A stretch of 63,529 bases of DNA, counting the filler, from Candidatus Zapsychrus exili (lineage in GTDB: Bacteria > Omnitrophota > Gorgyraeia > Zapsychrales > Zapsychraceae), in NCBI GenBank assembly GCA_030765585.1. It is 5 parts of 5 records of this genome, joined end to end, with 100 filler letters (N's around TTAATTAATTAA, not from the genome) between each part and the next. Parts side by side here need not be neighbours in the genome. Positions count along the whole stretch, not along the records: positions 31,624 to 45,566 come from JAVCCJ010000094.1; positions 45,667 to 63,529 come from JAVCCJ010000108.1; 3 more parts are not named here. One strand, written 5' to 3'. Made by a program: the position numbers and the translations under genes. The notes under the pieces were generated by a model. The model searched no databases. It was not told where the DNA came from and was given only the letters and a program-made list of their open reading frames with translations. Positions 42,362 through 51,919 of the stretch are shown here, one piece after another (positions within the stretch are counted from its first letter, which is position 1; each line of letters begins with the position of its first letter).

Positions 42362-43240
42362 ATGTTTGAAATAATAAGTAAACAAATTTTAGCTCAAGAC
42401 ATAAAAAGAATTGATATCTCGGCACCCGATATTGCAAAAAAGGTTAAGCCTGGGCAATTTGTAAGCATTTGCCCTGAAGAGGGTGACGAAAGAATACCTT
42501 TAACTGTTGTTGATTGGGATTCATCCAAGGGAACCATTTCTATAATTTTTCAAGAGATAGGACAGACTACAGGGAAATTAGGTACATTACCTATTGGAGA
42601 ACCTATTTTTTCAATTTTAGGTCCTTTAGGAGTACAATCCCAAATAGAAAAAAAAGGAACTGTTGTTTGTATAGCAACTGGTATTGGAGCAGCTCAGATA
42701 CTTCCTATATGTCGTGCGTTTTCTCGTGTTGGAAATAAAGTCATTGGTATAGTTGGCGCAAAAACAAAGAAGTCATTAATGCTTGAGGCTCAAATGCGTC
42801 TTGCCTGTAATAAAATCTTTATTACAACAAACGATGGTTCGTACGAAAGAAAAGGTTTAGCAACAGATATTTTAAGAGAGCTGATAAAGAAAAGAGAAGT
42901 AGATTTTGTTTATGCAATAGGCACAATTGATATGATGAAAGAAGTATGTTCAATTACAAAAGAAAAATCAATTGAAACTAGAATTCAAATTAAACCTGTA
43001 ATGGTTGATTGTATGGGTATGTGTGGATCTTGTCGTGTTGTAGTAAATGGGAAAATAGTATTAGCCTGCATTGAAGGTCCTGAATTTGATGGCCAAGAAA
43101 TAGAGTTAGAAGATTTTTCAAAACGTATGGAGACTTTTAAGGAGTCGTGTAAATGCAAAAACCAGAAGTTAATATCCAGCCAGCAGAAAAAAGAGTCACC
43201 AACTTTAATGAAGTTTCTCTTGGATATTCTAAAAGATTAG
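42362..43240 (+). CDS. NfnA/SudB-like FAD and [2Fe-2S] electron transfer subunit
   Basis: KPGQFV, ERIPLT, GPLG, DCMGMCGSCRV, CIEGPEFDG. Confidence 0.9.
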   Translation: MFEIISKQILAQDIKRIDISAPDIAKKVKPGQFVSICPEEGDERIPLTVVDWDSSKGTISIIFQEIGQTTGKLGTLPIGEPIFSILGPLGVQSQIEKKGTVVCIATGIGAAQILPICRAFSRVGNKVIGIVGAKTKKSLMLEAQMRLACNKIFITTNDGSYERKGLATDILRELIKKREVDFVYAIGTIDMMKEVCSITKEKSIETRIQIKPVMVDCMGMCGSCRVVVNGKIVLACIEGPEFDGQEIELEDFSKRMETFKESCKCKNQKLISSQQKKESPTLMKFLLDILKD

Positions 43241-44514
43241 TTATAGATGAGGCAATGCGCTGTCCCCAATGTGCTCATCCAATTTGTGCAGATGTGACAC
43301 AAGGATGTCCACTGGGAATTAGTGTGCCTAAGTTTATTCGCTGCCTTCGTGAAGGAAATGTGACAGGCGCATATGATTATATAAAACAAAATAATTGTTT
43401 TGCGTCTATATGTGGAAGAATATGTTCTGCTCCTTGTGAGGTTGCATGTGTTTTGTCTGAAGATAAGTCTCCAATACAGATTCGTGAACTAGAGCGTTTT
43501 GCAGCAGATTTCGGAAGAACGCGTTTTGTTAAAAAAATACAAAAGAATTTAAATGATAAGAAAGTAGCTATTATAGGTGCTGGGCCTTGCGGATTAACTG
43601 CAGGATGGAAATTAGCAAAGCAAGGATATCAGGTAACTGTTTTTGAGGCATTAGATAAGCCAGGAGGAGTATTAAGATATGGTGTTCCTGATTTTAGAGT
43701 GCCAAAGAAAGTTTTAGATTCAGAAATTAATAATATCAAGTCTCTCGGAGTTAAAATAAAGACTAATTTCTTTATTGGTAAAACTGCAACGATAGACGAT
43801 TTAAAGTCTCAAGGATTTGAAGGTATTCTTATTGCGACAGGGGCAGGAACACCTAAGTTTATGAATGTAAAAGGAACTAACTTGGGCGGAGTTTATTATG
43901 GTGAAGAATTTTTAATGCGAGTTAATCTTACCAAAACAAGCATCTTCTCTAAATATATACCTACTTTTCCAATAGGAGAGAAGATTGTTGTAGTTGGTGC
44001 AGGTAATACTGCTTTGGATTGCGCAAGAGCTGCTGTTCGTTTTGAAAAACAAGTAACGCTTATCTTTCGTAGGCCGGAAGATGAAACTTTTGTTCGCCAA
44101 GAAGAGCGTGAGTTTGGCAAAGCAGAAGGCATAAAGGTAGAACCTATGATAAAGGTAGTTGAGATATTATCAGATGACAAGGGATCAACTGCAGGTGTAA
44201 AATGTATAAGAATGGATTATGCAGATGTGGATGGGAACTGGGAGATAATTCCAGTGCCTGATTCAGAATTTACAATAGAGGCTGACACTGTTATCATTGC
44301 TATTGGGCATAAACCAAATTCAACCTTGAGTGATACGTGCACAGAAATAAAAGTAAATAGAAACAAGACTGTTAAAATAAATCGGGAGGATTGCTCGACA
44401 AGTGTTGAAGGTGTTTTTGCTGCTGGAAATGTTGCGACAGGAGCCAATCCTTTAATTAATGCAATGGCACAAGGCCTAAAAGCTGCAGAAAGTATAGATA
44501 AATTTTTATCATGA
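43153..44514 (+). CDS. NfnB/SudA/GltD-like NAD(P)-dependent oxidoreductase
   Basis: RCPQC..GCP, CGRICS..CE..C, IIGAGPCG, GGVLRYGVP, VVGAGNTALD. Confidence 0.9.
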   Translation: MQKPEVNIQPAEKRVTNFNEVSLGYSKRLVIDEAMRCPQCAHPICADVTQGCPLGISVPKFIRCLREGNVTGAYDYIKQNNCFASICGRICSAPCEVACVLSEDKSPIQIRELERFAADFGRTRFVKKIQKNLNDKKVAIIGAGPCGLTAGWKLAKQGYQVTVFEALDKPGGVLRYGVPDFRVPKKVLDSEINNIKSLGVKIKTNFFIGKTATIDDLKSQGFEGILIATGAGTPKFMNVKGTNLGGVYYGEEFLMRVNLTKTSIFSKYIPTFPIGEKIVVVGAGNTALDCARAAVRFEKQVTLIFRRPEDETFVRQEEREFGKAEGIKVEPMIKVVEILSDDKGSTAGVKCIRMDYADVDGNWEIIPVPDSEFTIEADTVIIAIGHKPNSTLSDTCTEIKVNRNKTVKINREDCSTSVEGVFAAGNVATGANPLINAMAQGLKAAESIDKFLS

Positions 44515-45344
44515 GTAAAATTACAATAGACGATATTAAGCTTAAGAAAAAAGACGGCAAGAAAATTACTATGCTGACTGCATACGATTATCCTTTTGCC
44601 CAAATTGTTGATAATTGCGGCATTGATATTGTATTGGTAGGAGATTCTTTAGCCAATGTAGTTTTAGGACTTAAGTCAACAACCGAGGTTAATACAGATG
44701 AAATGATACATCATACAAAGTCAGTTAGGCGCGGAGTAAAAAATGCTCTTTTAGTCGGAGATATGCCATATGAATCATATCAAACAGATATAAGTCAGGC
44801 TGTTAAGAATGCAAAAAGATTTATTGATGAAGCTGGATGTGATGCGATTAAGCTTGAATGGTTTGATAAGTGCTTAGAGATAGCAGCGGAGATTATAAAA
44901 GAGGGCATACCTGTTATGGGTCATGTTGGTTTGACTCCTCAGACGGCAGCACAATTGGGTGGATTTAAGGTTCAAGGAAAAGATGCAGGTTCAGCGCGTT
45001 TAATTATAGAGAATGCAAAAAAGCTAGAAGATGTGGGTTGCTTTAGTATTGTTTTAGAATGCGTTCCAGCTCCACTTGCAAAGCTGATTACTGGTGAGCT
45101 TGTTATACCAACATTTGGTATTGGTGCAGGTGTTGATTGCGACGGACAGGTATTGGTTATTCACGATCTTTTAGGGCTTTATGGAGGTAAGCGTCCAAAA
45201 TTTGTAAAGCAGTATGTTGATTTAAATGAAACAATTTCAAAGGCAGTAAGGAATTTTAAACAAGAGGTTGAAGATAATCAGTTTCCAAATGATGAATATA
45301 GTTATCATATGGATGAAAACGAATTGAGGAAACTAGAGAAATGA
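44511..45344 (+). CDS. panB: 3-methyl-2-oxobutanoate hydroxymethyltransferase
   Basis: [38 protein letters not shown]. Confidence 0.97.
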   Translation: MSKITIDDIKLKKKDGKKITMLTAYDYPFAQIVDNCGIDIVLVGDSLANVVLGLKSTTEVNTDEMIHHTKSVRRGVKNALLVGDMPYESYQTDISQAVKNAKRFIDEAGCDAIKLEWFDKCLEIAAEIIKEGIPVMGHVGLTPQTAAQLGGFKVQGKDAGSARLIIENAKKLEDVGCFSIVLECVPAPLAKLITGELVIPTFGIGAGVDCDGQVLVIHDLLGLYGGKRPKFVKQYVDLNETISKAVRNFKQEVEDNQFPNDEYSYHMDENELRKLEK

Positions 45345-45566
45345 AAAAATGTCCTTTTTGCGCAGAAGAAATCCAAGATGAAGCTATTAAGTGTCGTTTT
45401 TGTAATGAATTTTTAGAAGGGAAAGAAGCTGTTCCTGTCAAAGAAAAACAAAAATGGTATTTAAGTACATCTACTATTGTTATTGGATTTTGTTTTGCAG
45501 GACCACTAGTTTTACCACTCATTTGGATTAATCCAAAGTTAAGCAAGAATGTAAAAATTGTACTAA
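45341..45566 (+). CDS. Zinc-ribbon membrane protein, 3'-truncated
   Basis: [21 protein letters not shown] followed by TM segment. Confidence 0.8.
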
Positions 45567-45666
45567 NNNNNNNNNNNNNNNNNNNNNNNNNNNNNNNNNN
45601 NNNNNNNNNNTTAATTAATTAANNNNNNNNNNNNNNNNNNNNNNNNNNNNNNNNNNNNNNNNNNNN
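45567..45666. other. Artificial contig linker
   Basis: N-run, TTAATTAATTAA, N-run. Confidence 0.99.
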
Positions 45667-46070
<404 letters not shown>

Positions 46071-46252
46071 ACTTGGCTTATTTTAACTCTTAAAATTATA
46101 AACGTGGCTTGTTTCTTTTTTCTAAAAAACTTTAAAAAATTTCAAAAAAAGAATCTTAAGATCATCTCCAGGTTGAAAAATGACCTTAATAAAAAACAAT
46201 AAGATTTCAAAGATCGTTACAAATTTACAACATTCCCCTCATGGGGACTTGA

Positions 46253-46281
46253 AGAATACCAGAGAATTATATCTTTGTCAA
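46253..46281 (-). promoter_or_regulatory. rRNA promoter with downstream boxA-like site
   Basis: TTGACA-N17-TATTCT; GATCTTTGAAA about 40 nt downstream. Confidence 0.75.
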
Positions 46282-46588
46282 GTATTTTTCTTCGATAAAT
46301 TTAAAAAAATTATTTTACTGCCAAATTACCTAAATTAGGGCAAATTCAACATGTTACGATTTAAACAAAATAGCTTATCAGCCTCTTAAAATAAGAGAAA
46401 TTTATTATTTAAACAAAACTATATTATATTGGTTTATAATAGGTATTTTTAATATATATTATAGACAACTTCAAAGGTAGAGTAAATATACGTGCAGTAA
46501 GAGACACTTCTTTTTTTAATCTAAAATTCTTGCCTATTTATTTTACTATTTCTTAACAATAAGATTCTACAAATATCTTAAACTTGAC

Positions 46589-46822
46589 CTACTCCATATT
46601 ATTTTCTTTTAGGATAGCTTCAACTTCTGCAATAGCTTTTTTAAGCTGAGGCAAAAGGTGTACGTTTATTGAAACCCCTTTAGCTGTTGGAACCATTTCA
46701 TCAGTTCCTTGAGTCATTGTCCAAGTACGAATATCGATTAAATCGTTACCCTTAAATTCTCTTATACCTACTCGAATTTCTTGAAACTTGTTTTTTTGAA
46801 AAACCGTAATAGTTTTATCCAT
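46589..46822 (-). CDS. PC4/YdbC-family ssDNA-binding protein
   Basis: EIRVGIREFKG..IDIRTW..PTAKGVS. Confidence 0.88.
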   Translation of the reverse strand: MDKTITVFQKNKFQEIRVGIREFKGNDLIDIRTWTMTQGTDEMVPTAKGVSINVHLLPQLKKAIAEVEAILKENNME

Positions 46823-46909
46823 CTTCCATCTCCCCTTTTTATTTGTTAAATAACAAATGTAATTATATTTTTGTACTACCTACTTTTTCTATATATCAAA
46901 GACTTGCAA

Positions 46910-48052
46910 TTAAAACCTCTGTTGCAAGACTGTTTTTTTCAAAATAAAAGTTAACGATAAAATTAAAACTCCAATAACAAAAAACGTAATAGAAAAACTT
47001 TTCTCAACAAAAAAGCTACTTACAAAAAAACCTATTGCCCCTGCTACAAATCTTACCGAAGAATTTAAACTCGCAATAATAGGTCTATTCTCCTCTGAAA
47101 AGTCCGTCAAAATAGTCGATATGCCATTATGCCCTATCGTCCATGACATTGCGATCAAAACAAAAATAATACCAAGAACAATTTTATTATAAACGCCTAA
47201 GAGCAACATTATGCCTATAGCTAAACCTACAATGCCAATATAACAAGCAGTATCCCTTCCCTTCTTATCGGAAATATATCCACCTACAATCTGACCAACA
47301 AATCCACCGATACCAGCAAAAAGAAAAAACATACTGATACTTAACTTATCCATTTGATAAATTCGACTTAAATAAATACCGAACCACTTATGCACCCCAT
47401 GAAAAAGAAAGCTTATTGCTGCGATAAAAATAAAGACATCTCTGATTCTAGTATTGCTAAAGGCCTTAAAATAATTTACTTCTCCCTTATGTACGCATTT
47501 TATCAGATCAGAATTAAATAACACAAAACTCAACACCACAAGCAAACTAAATATGCCTGGTATAAAAAATAACCAACGCCAGTGTATTATTCCGCTAAGA
47601 ACAATCCCAACAATAGCTGATAGAAAGCTGCAGGCAAAAAAACCTCCTACTAACCTTCCACGTATTTGTTTATCAAAGAGCTGTCCAATAAGTATAAGTC
47701 CTAAAGGAATTATACTTGCGCCAGTAACTCCCATAATTACTCTGGCAAACAAAAGCTTAGGCAATGAACCTATAAAACCACAAGCAAGTGTAGATACTCC
47801 AAAAAGAGCTATGGTTATAACAAGAACTGTTCTATACCTTATATACCTGGTAATAGGAGCATAGATAAGCGCTCCAATACCATAAGACATAATATAATAG
47901 GGAATGATCTTTGCTGCCAAAAAATCTGATACTTTTAAATCAATACTAATCTCTGGAATAACAGCAGCAATAGCCGCTGCATTAAAAGATATATTAATAC
48001 AACCTAAACAAATAAGTATATATATTACTATCTTATTATTAATATTATACAA
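46910..48052 (-). CDS. MFS transporter
   Basis: About 12 TMs, ARVIMG, WRWLF, GYISDKKGR. Confidence 0.9.
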   Translation of the reverse strand: MYNINNKIVIYILICLGCINISFNAAAIAAVIPEISIDLKVSDFLAAKIIPYYIMSYGIGALIYAPITRYIRYRTVLVITIALFGVSTLACGFIGSLPKLLFARVIMGVTGASIIPLGLILIGQLFDKQIRGRLVGGFFACSFLSAIVGIVLSGIIHWRWLFFIPGIFSLLVVLSFVLFNSDLIKCVHKGEVNYFKAFSNTRIRDVFIFIAAISFLFHGVHKWFGIYLSRIYQMDKLSISMFFLFAGIGGFVGQIVGGYISDKKGRDTACYIGIVGLAIGIMLLLGVYNKIVLGIIFVLIAMSWTIGHNGISTILTDFSEENRPIIASLNSSVRFVAGAIGFFVSSFFVEKSFSITFFVIGVLILSLTFILKKTVLQQRF

Positions 48053-48151
48053 ACTTTCCTATTTGTAAACAAAAATTTATTATTAGCCTTAATTATAATA
48101 TATAGTAATTTTATTATAATAATATATCTATTATATAATATGTGCCCTTAA

Positions 48152-48958
48152 TTACTTCCCTGCTTTCCCTATTTTCTTCTTTTTTAAATCACTATACATA
48201 TTGTACGCATTCTTAACAGATGAGCCTTCGTGAATTATAGAGCGAACTGCCTTTATCATTGGCACAGGCGCATCTGACTGAAAAATATTTCTTCCCATAT
48301 CAACTCCAACAGCTCCATCATTGATAGCATTATAAGCTAAATTCAAAGCATCTAATTCAGGAATTTTCTTACCCCCTGCTATAACAACAGGAATTGGAGT
48401 TTGCTTAACCAACTTTTGAAAACCTTTACAATAATAAGTTTTAACAATATGCGCTCCGGTCTCTGCTGCTATTCTGCAAGCCAAACCTAAATAACGAAGA
48501 TCGCGAACCATTTCTTTTCCAACAGCTGTGACAGCTAAAATTGGTATTCCATATTTTTGCCCCTTATCAACAAGCTTAGCTAAATTAACAATCGTTCTAT
48601 GCTGATATTCTGATCCTACAAAAATTGAAAGCGCAAGCGCAGACACATTCATTCTGATCGCATCTTCAATTGATACCGTAATATCTTCATTCGACAAGTC
48701 TTCATCAAGCACACTATTACCGCCACTTGCGCGCATAACAATCGGCGTATCAATTGATGGATCGACACAATTTCTTAATGCACCACGCGTCAACATCAAA
48801 GAATCCGTATAAGGCAACAATGGTTTTATAGTTTTAGAAATATTTTCCAGACCGCTGGTAGGTCCTAAGAAATATCCGTGGTCAACAGCAAGCATAAGAG
48901 CCTTGCCTGTATCTTTTTTGATTATCCTTGCTAATCTATTTTCCATTCCCCAATCCAT
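48152..48958 (-). CDS. lsrF: LsrF-family thiolase / class I aldolase
   Basis: MDWGMENRL, LAVDHGYFLGPTSGLE, VKTYY, VIAGGKK, GVDMGRNIFQS. Confidence 0.9.
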   Translation of the reverse strand: MDWGMENRLARIIKKDTGKALMLAVDHGYFLGPTSGLENISKTIKPLLPYTDSLMLTRGALRNCVDPSIDTPIVMRASGGNSVLDEDLSNEDITVSIEDAIRMNVSALALSIFVGSEYQHRTIVNLAKLVDKGQKYGIPILAVTAVGKEMVRDLRYLGLACRIAAETGAHIVKTYYCKGFQKLVKQTPIPVVIAGGKKIPELDALNLAYNAINDGAVGVDMGRNIFQSDAPVPMIKAVRSIIHEGSSVKNAYNMYSDLKKKKIGKAGK

Positions 48959-48980
48959 TTGATTCCTCCTTGTTTGTTAA

Positions 48981-49102
48981 AAATCCTAAATCCTAAACTC
49001 AAAATCCTAAACAAATAAGAAATTCGAATAACCAGAAATTCAAAACATTTGAATTTATTACTTTTAATTTGTTTCGTGTTTCGAGCTTCGAATTTCGAGT
49101 TT
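48981..49102. repeat. Heptamer-based palindromic element (same type as 26161-26333)
   Basis: AAATCCT/AAACTCA run ending AAACAAAT; right arm ATTTGTTT followed by CGAGCTT/CGAATTT/CGAGTTT. Confidence 0.7.
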
Positions 49103-49108
49103 ATAGCT

Positions 49109-50131
49109 TTATGGTTTTATTATAATTTTCATTGATTTATTTGGCTTAAGCACAAGCCCAAAACCTTTTTTAGTATCTTTTAAAGAAAACTTATGCGTTA
49201 TCATATCTGAGACAACGATTTTCTTTTTTGCAATTAAATCTATTGCTTGTTTTAAATCTGGGCCGCTTGCGGCGTATGAACTTAAAACAGTTAGCTCGTT
49301 TCTCCAAAACATTTCATTAATGCTTCTTGGAAAACCTGCCCCACGAGCTGCCGCTGTAAACACCAAAACAGTACCTCCGCGCTCAACGGAATCTAGACCT
49401 TGCTTTATCGCAGTGGTAGACCCTGCACATAAAATAACTAGATCAGCTAACTTGCCCTTAAAATACTTCTTAACTTTTTTTGAAACATCTTCTTTTGCAT
49501 TAATAGTAAAATTTGCGCCAAACTTTTTAGCCTGTTTTAATCGATACAAATCTATATCTGTTGCAACAATAGATTTTGCTTTGCTATATTTTGCTGTCTT
49601 TACATGAAGTAGTCCTGATATGCCGCTTCCAATGATAAGCACTCTTTTACCCTTAGCGCTACCCAATAAGCGCTGTCCACGAAGAACACATCCTAAAGGC
49701 TCGGCAAACGTTGCATCACAATCTGTTACATTTTTAGGAATTTTAATTGTTCCTGTTTTTACATTAATTTTAGGCAACTGTATATATTCAGAAAATCCAC
49801 CAGGATAAAAGCTTGTACTACGAATTGTATCACAAACACTTTCATGCCCGTTTAAACAATATTGACATTTATAACAAGGGACATGATGTGTCGCAACTAT
49901 CCTATCTCCTTTTTTAAAGCCACTAACATTTTTACCTACTTTCTCAACTGTACCTGCGACTTCATGACCTAAAACCAAAGGCACTTTATGAATCCTATAC
50001 CACTCCATAACATCAGATCCGCAAATACCACTTGCGGTTACTTTCATAAGTATTTCCGATGATGATACTTTAGGAATTGGCATATCTTCTAATCTAATAT
50101 CCTTATTGCTATAATACATTGAAACCTTCAT
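49109..50131 (-). CDS. Zinc-dependent (MDR) alcohol/sugar dehydrogenase
   Basis: GICGSD, LGHEVAG, CYKCQYC..C, EPLGC, GSGISG. Confidence 0.92.
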   Translation of the reverse strand: MKVSMYYSNKDIRLEDMPIPKVSSSEILMKVTASGICGSDVMEWYRIHKVPLVLGHEVAGTVEKVGKNVSGFKKGDRIVATHHVPCYKCQYCLNGHESVCDTIRSTSFYPGGFSEYIQLPKINVKTGTIKIPKNVTDCDATFAEPLGCVLRGQRLLGSAKGKRVLIIGSGISGLLHVKTAKYSKAKSIVATDIDLYRLKQAKKFGANFTINAKEDVSKKVKKYFKGKLADLVILCAGSTTAIKQGLDSVERGGTVLVFTAAARGAGFPRSINEMFWRNELTVLSSYAASGPDLKQAIDLIAKKKIVVSDMITHKFSLKDTKKGFGLVLKPNKSMKIIIKP

Positions 50132-50163
50132 AAATTTCCCATTTCTTTAAATAATACTTTTTC

Positions 50164-50238
50164 GTAGGGGCGGGCCTTGCGTCCGCCCAAATAACAATAA
50201 TATTTTTTGTAAAGGGCGGACGCAAGGCCCGCCCCTAC
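50164..50238. repeat. GTAG-type REP doublet
   Basis: GTAGGGGCGGGCCTTGCGTCCGCCC and its exact reverse complement separated by an AT-rich spacer. Confidence 0.85.
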
Positions 50239-50239
50239 A

Positions 50240-50752
50240 CTATTTCACTACAAAATTCTTTCCTGGAACCCATTCATACAGAGGAACGTATCCTTCAGTT
50301 TCCTTTGGTGCAATTGATATAGCCTGAAATAACGTTACATCTTTAGTCTTTCCAATAAGTTCTTTTTTTCTTTTTCTTTTTGCTGGATAACAAAAAACAG
50401 GAACGCTATGTCTTTTAGAAAGCGCTCCGATTATTGACGCACCAATAAAACAAAATGCTCCTCGATAATCTATTTGATCATACGCCAACCACACTTCTTT
50501 AACCAACTCCTTGTAAAATAAAAAACCTACCATATTGTCTGCAATGACTGTTGGCTTAAGCTTTCTTTTAAGAAGCTCTTTACATATTATTTTCGAAGAA
50601 TCTAAATTTGGTCTGCCTTCAACAACAAATATCTTGTTCACATCTTTTGTTTTTAATAAATCAAAAAAACTAGCATCAAATTCTCCATGCAAAACAATGG
50701 AAGAATTCTTCATTTGTGCAAGATCGCTATCTGTAATATTTAATTTACGCAT
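50240..50752 (-). CDS. Short divergent MtnA/eIF2B-like protein (C-terminal domain only)
   Basis: VVEGRP, TVIADNMVGFL, H.VP.F, P.YEWVP align with the neighbour's VAETRP, TLIADNAVG, HFYIPFY, PGFDIVP. Confidence 0.65.
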   Translation of the reverse strand: MRKLNITDSDLAQMKNSSIVLHGEFDASFFDLLKTKDVNKIFVVEGRPNLDSSKIICKELLKRKLKPTVIADNMVGFLFYKELVKEVWLAYDQIDYRGAFCFIGASIIGALSKRHSVPVFCYPAKRKRKKELIGKTKDVTLFQAISIAPKETEGYVPLYEWVPGKNFVVK

Positions 50753-51746
50753 TTTCAGTTACACTTATAGGTATAGACTTTGTTATTAAATCATGAGGAA
50801 CAATGTCGAAGCCAGGATAAAATCCATCAACTTCTCCTCGAATAATCTTTTTATTGTTAAATTTAAGCAATTCTGAAGAATGTCTTATTTCAACAGGAAT
50901 ATCTTTTCCCGTTCTTATCAAATCAGACGGCTGCGTTAAAGCGTAAAATGGAATATAAAAATGCCTTGCAGCAACTGCTATTTGATATGTTCCTACCTTA
51001 GAAGACAAGTCGCCATTAGCGCATGATCTATCTGATCCAACAATTACTTTGTTTACCAATCTATCTGACATAACAGAGCCAACCGCATTATCAGCTATCA
51101 ACGTTGCCCTTGCGCCCATCTCTTCTAATTCCCAACAAGTAAGCTTTGCACCTTCAAAATTAGGACGAGTCTCCGCTACAAAAAACCTAATATCCTTTTT
51201 TTGCTTTTTACAAAGATACGCTGCCATTGCAAGTTCACCACTGACATTATAATGAGTAAGAATACTGTCGCCATCTTCTATTATTTCAGATAATTTTTCT
51301 ACTCGTTCTAATCTTTTTATTCTTATGCTTTCTAGATAACCTTCGGTATTATTCTTAACAAAGCTTTTCACATCTAGACCACTGTCTATTGCCATAATAG
51401 CCCATCTTACGATAATTAACGTTACATCTGAGAAAGGAAACCCTTGGCGACTCTTATTAAGATCGTGCGCGACATCTTGCACTTTCTTCAATACTTTTTG
51501 CTGAGATTTAAAATCACCTTTTTTAGGAGACTTAATCTTTCCAAGCTCAAGCAGGAATGTGTTTAAAACTACTAAGAACTGGCCAAAAATGCGAGTTTTC
51601 GCGTTATGTATAACATCAACTGCGCCTTTAGTATTTCTAACTGAAATGTAGCGAAATTTGTTTGGTATAAGCGTTTCATCTAATACACTTAAAATACCAG
51701 CCTTTAATTTCGCAGGCCAAAATAATGAAGATTCTTTTATATTCAT
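50745..51746 (-). CDS. MtnA/eIF2B-family sugar-1-phosphate isomerase-like protein, divergent
   Basis: LDETLIP, ILTHYN, AETRP..EGAKLT.WEL, VIVGSDR..NGD..KVGTY, IPVE.R, FDIVP. Confidence 0.85.
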   Translation of the reverse strand: MNIKESSLFWPAKLKAGILSVLDETLIPNKFRYISVRNTKGAVDVIHNAKTRIFGQFLVVLNTFLLELGKIKSPKKGDFKSQQKVLKKVQDVAHDLNKSRQGFPFSDVTLIIVRWAIMAIDSGLDVKSFVKNNTEGYLESIRIKRLERVEKLSEIIEDGDSILTHYNVSGELAMAAYLCKKQKKDIRFFVAETRPNFEGAKLTCWELEEMGARATLIADNAVGSVMSDRLVNKVIVGSDRSCANGDLSSKVGTYQIAVAARHFYIPFYALTQPSDLIRTGKDIPVEIRHSSELLKFNNKKIIRGEVDGFYPGFDIVPHDLITKSIPISVTENA

Positions 51747-51752
51747 AAGTTT

Positions 51753-51795
51753 AGGTGCCTGGCACCTGTAGGTTTCTTTTAGGTGCTTGGCACCT
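51753..51795. promoter_or_regulatory. Two 15-bp palindromes just upstream of the mtnA-like operon (operator or small repeat)
   Basis: AGGTGCCTGGCACCT (51753-67) and AGGTGCTTGGCACCT (51781-95). Confidence 0.5.
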
Positions 51796-51919
51796 ATTAT
51801 TTAATCTAGATTTTATTAAAATACTTATAAATGTCAAGCTATATATTATATGATAAATATTAATAATATTATATTATAGGCAGGATAATAATGTTTGTCG
51901 TTGAAAGCTAGCTTTCAGG

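Noticed and set aside
12998..45666. Four TTAATTAATTAA motifs in N runs as biological repeats
   Set aside because: Identical 100-nt all-frame-stop linkers added during contig concatenation
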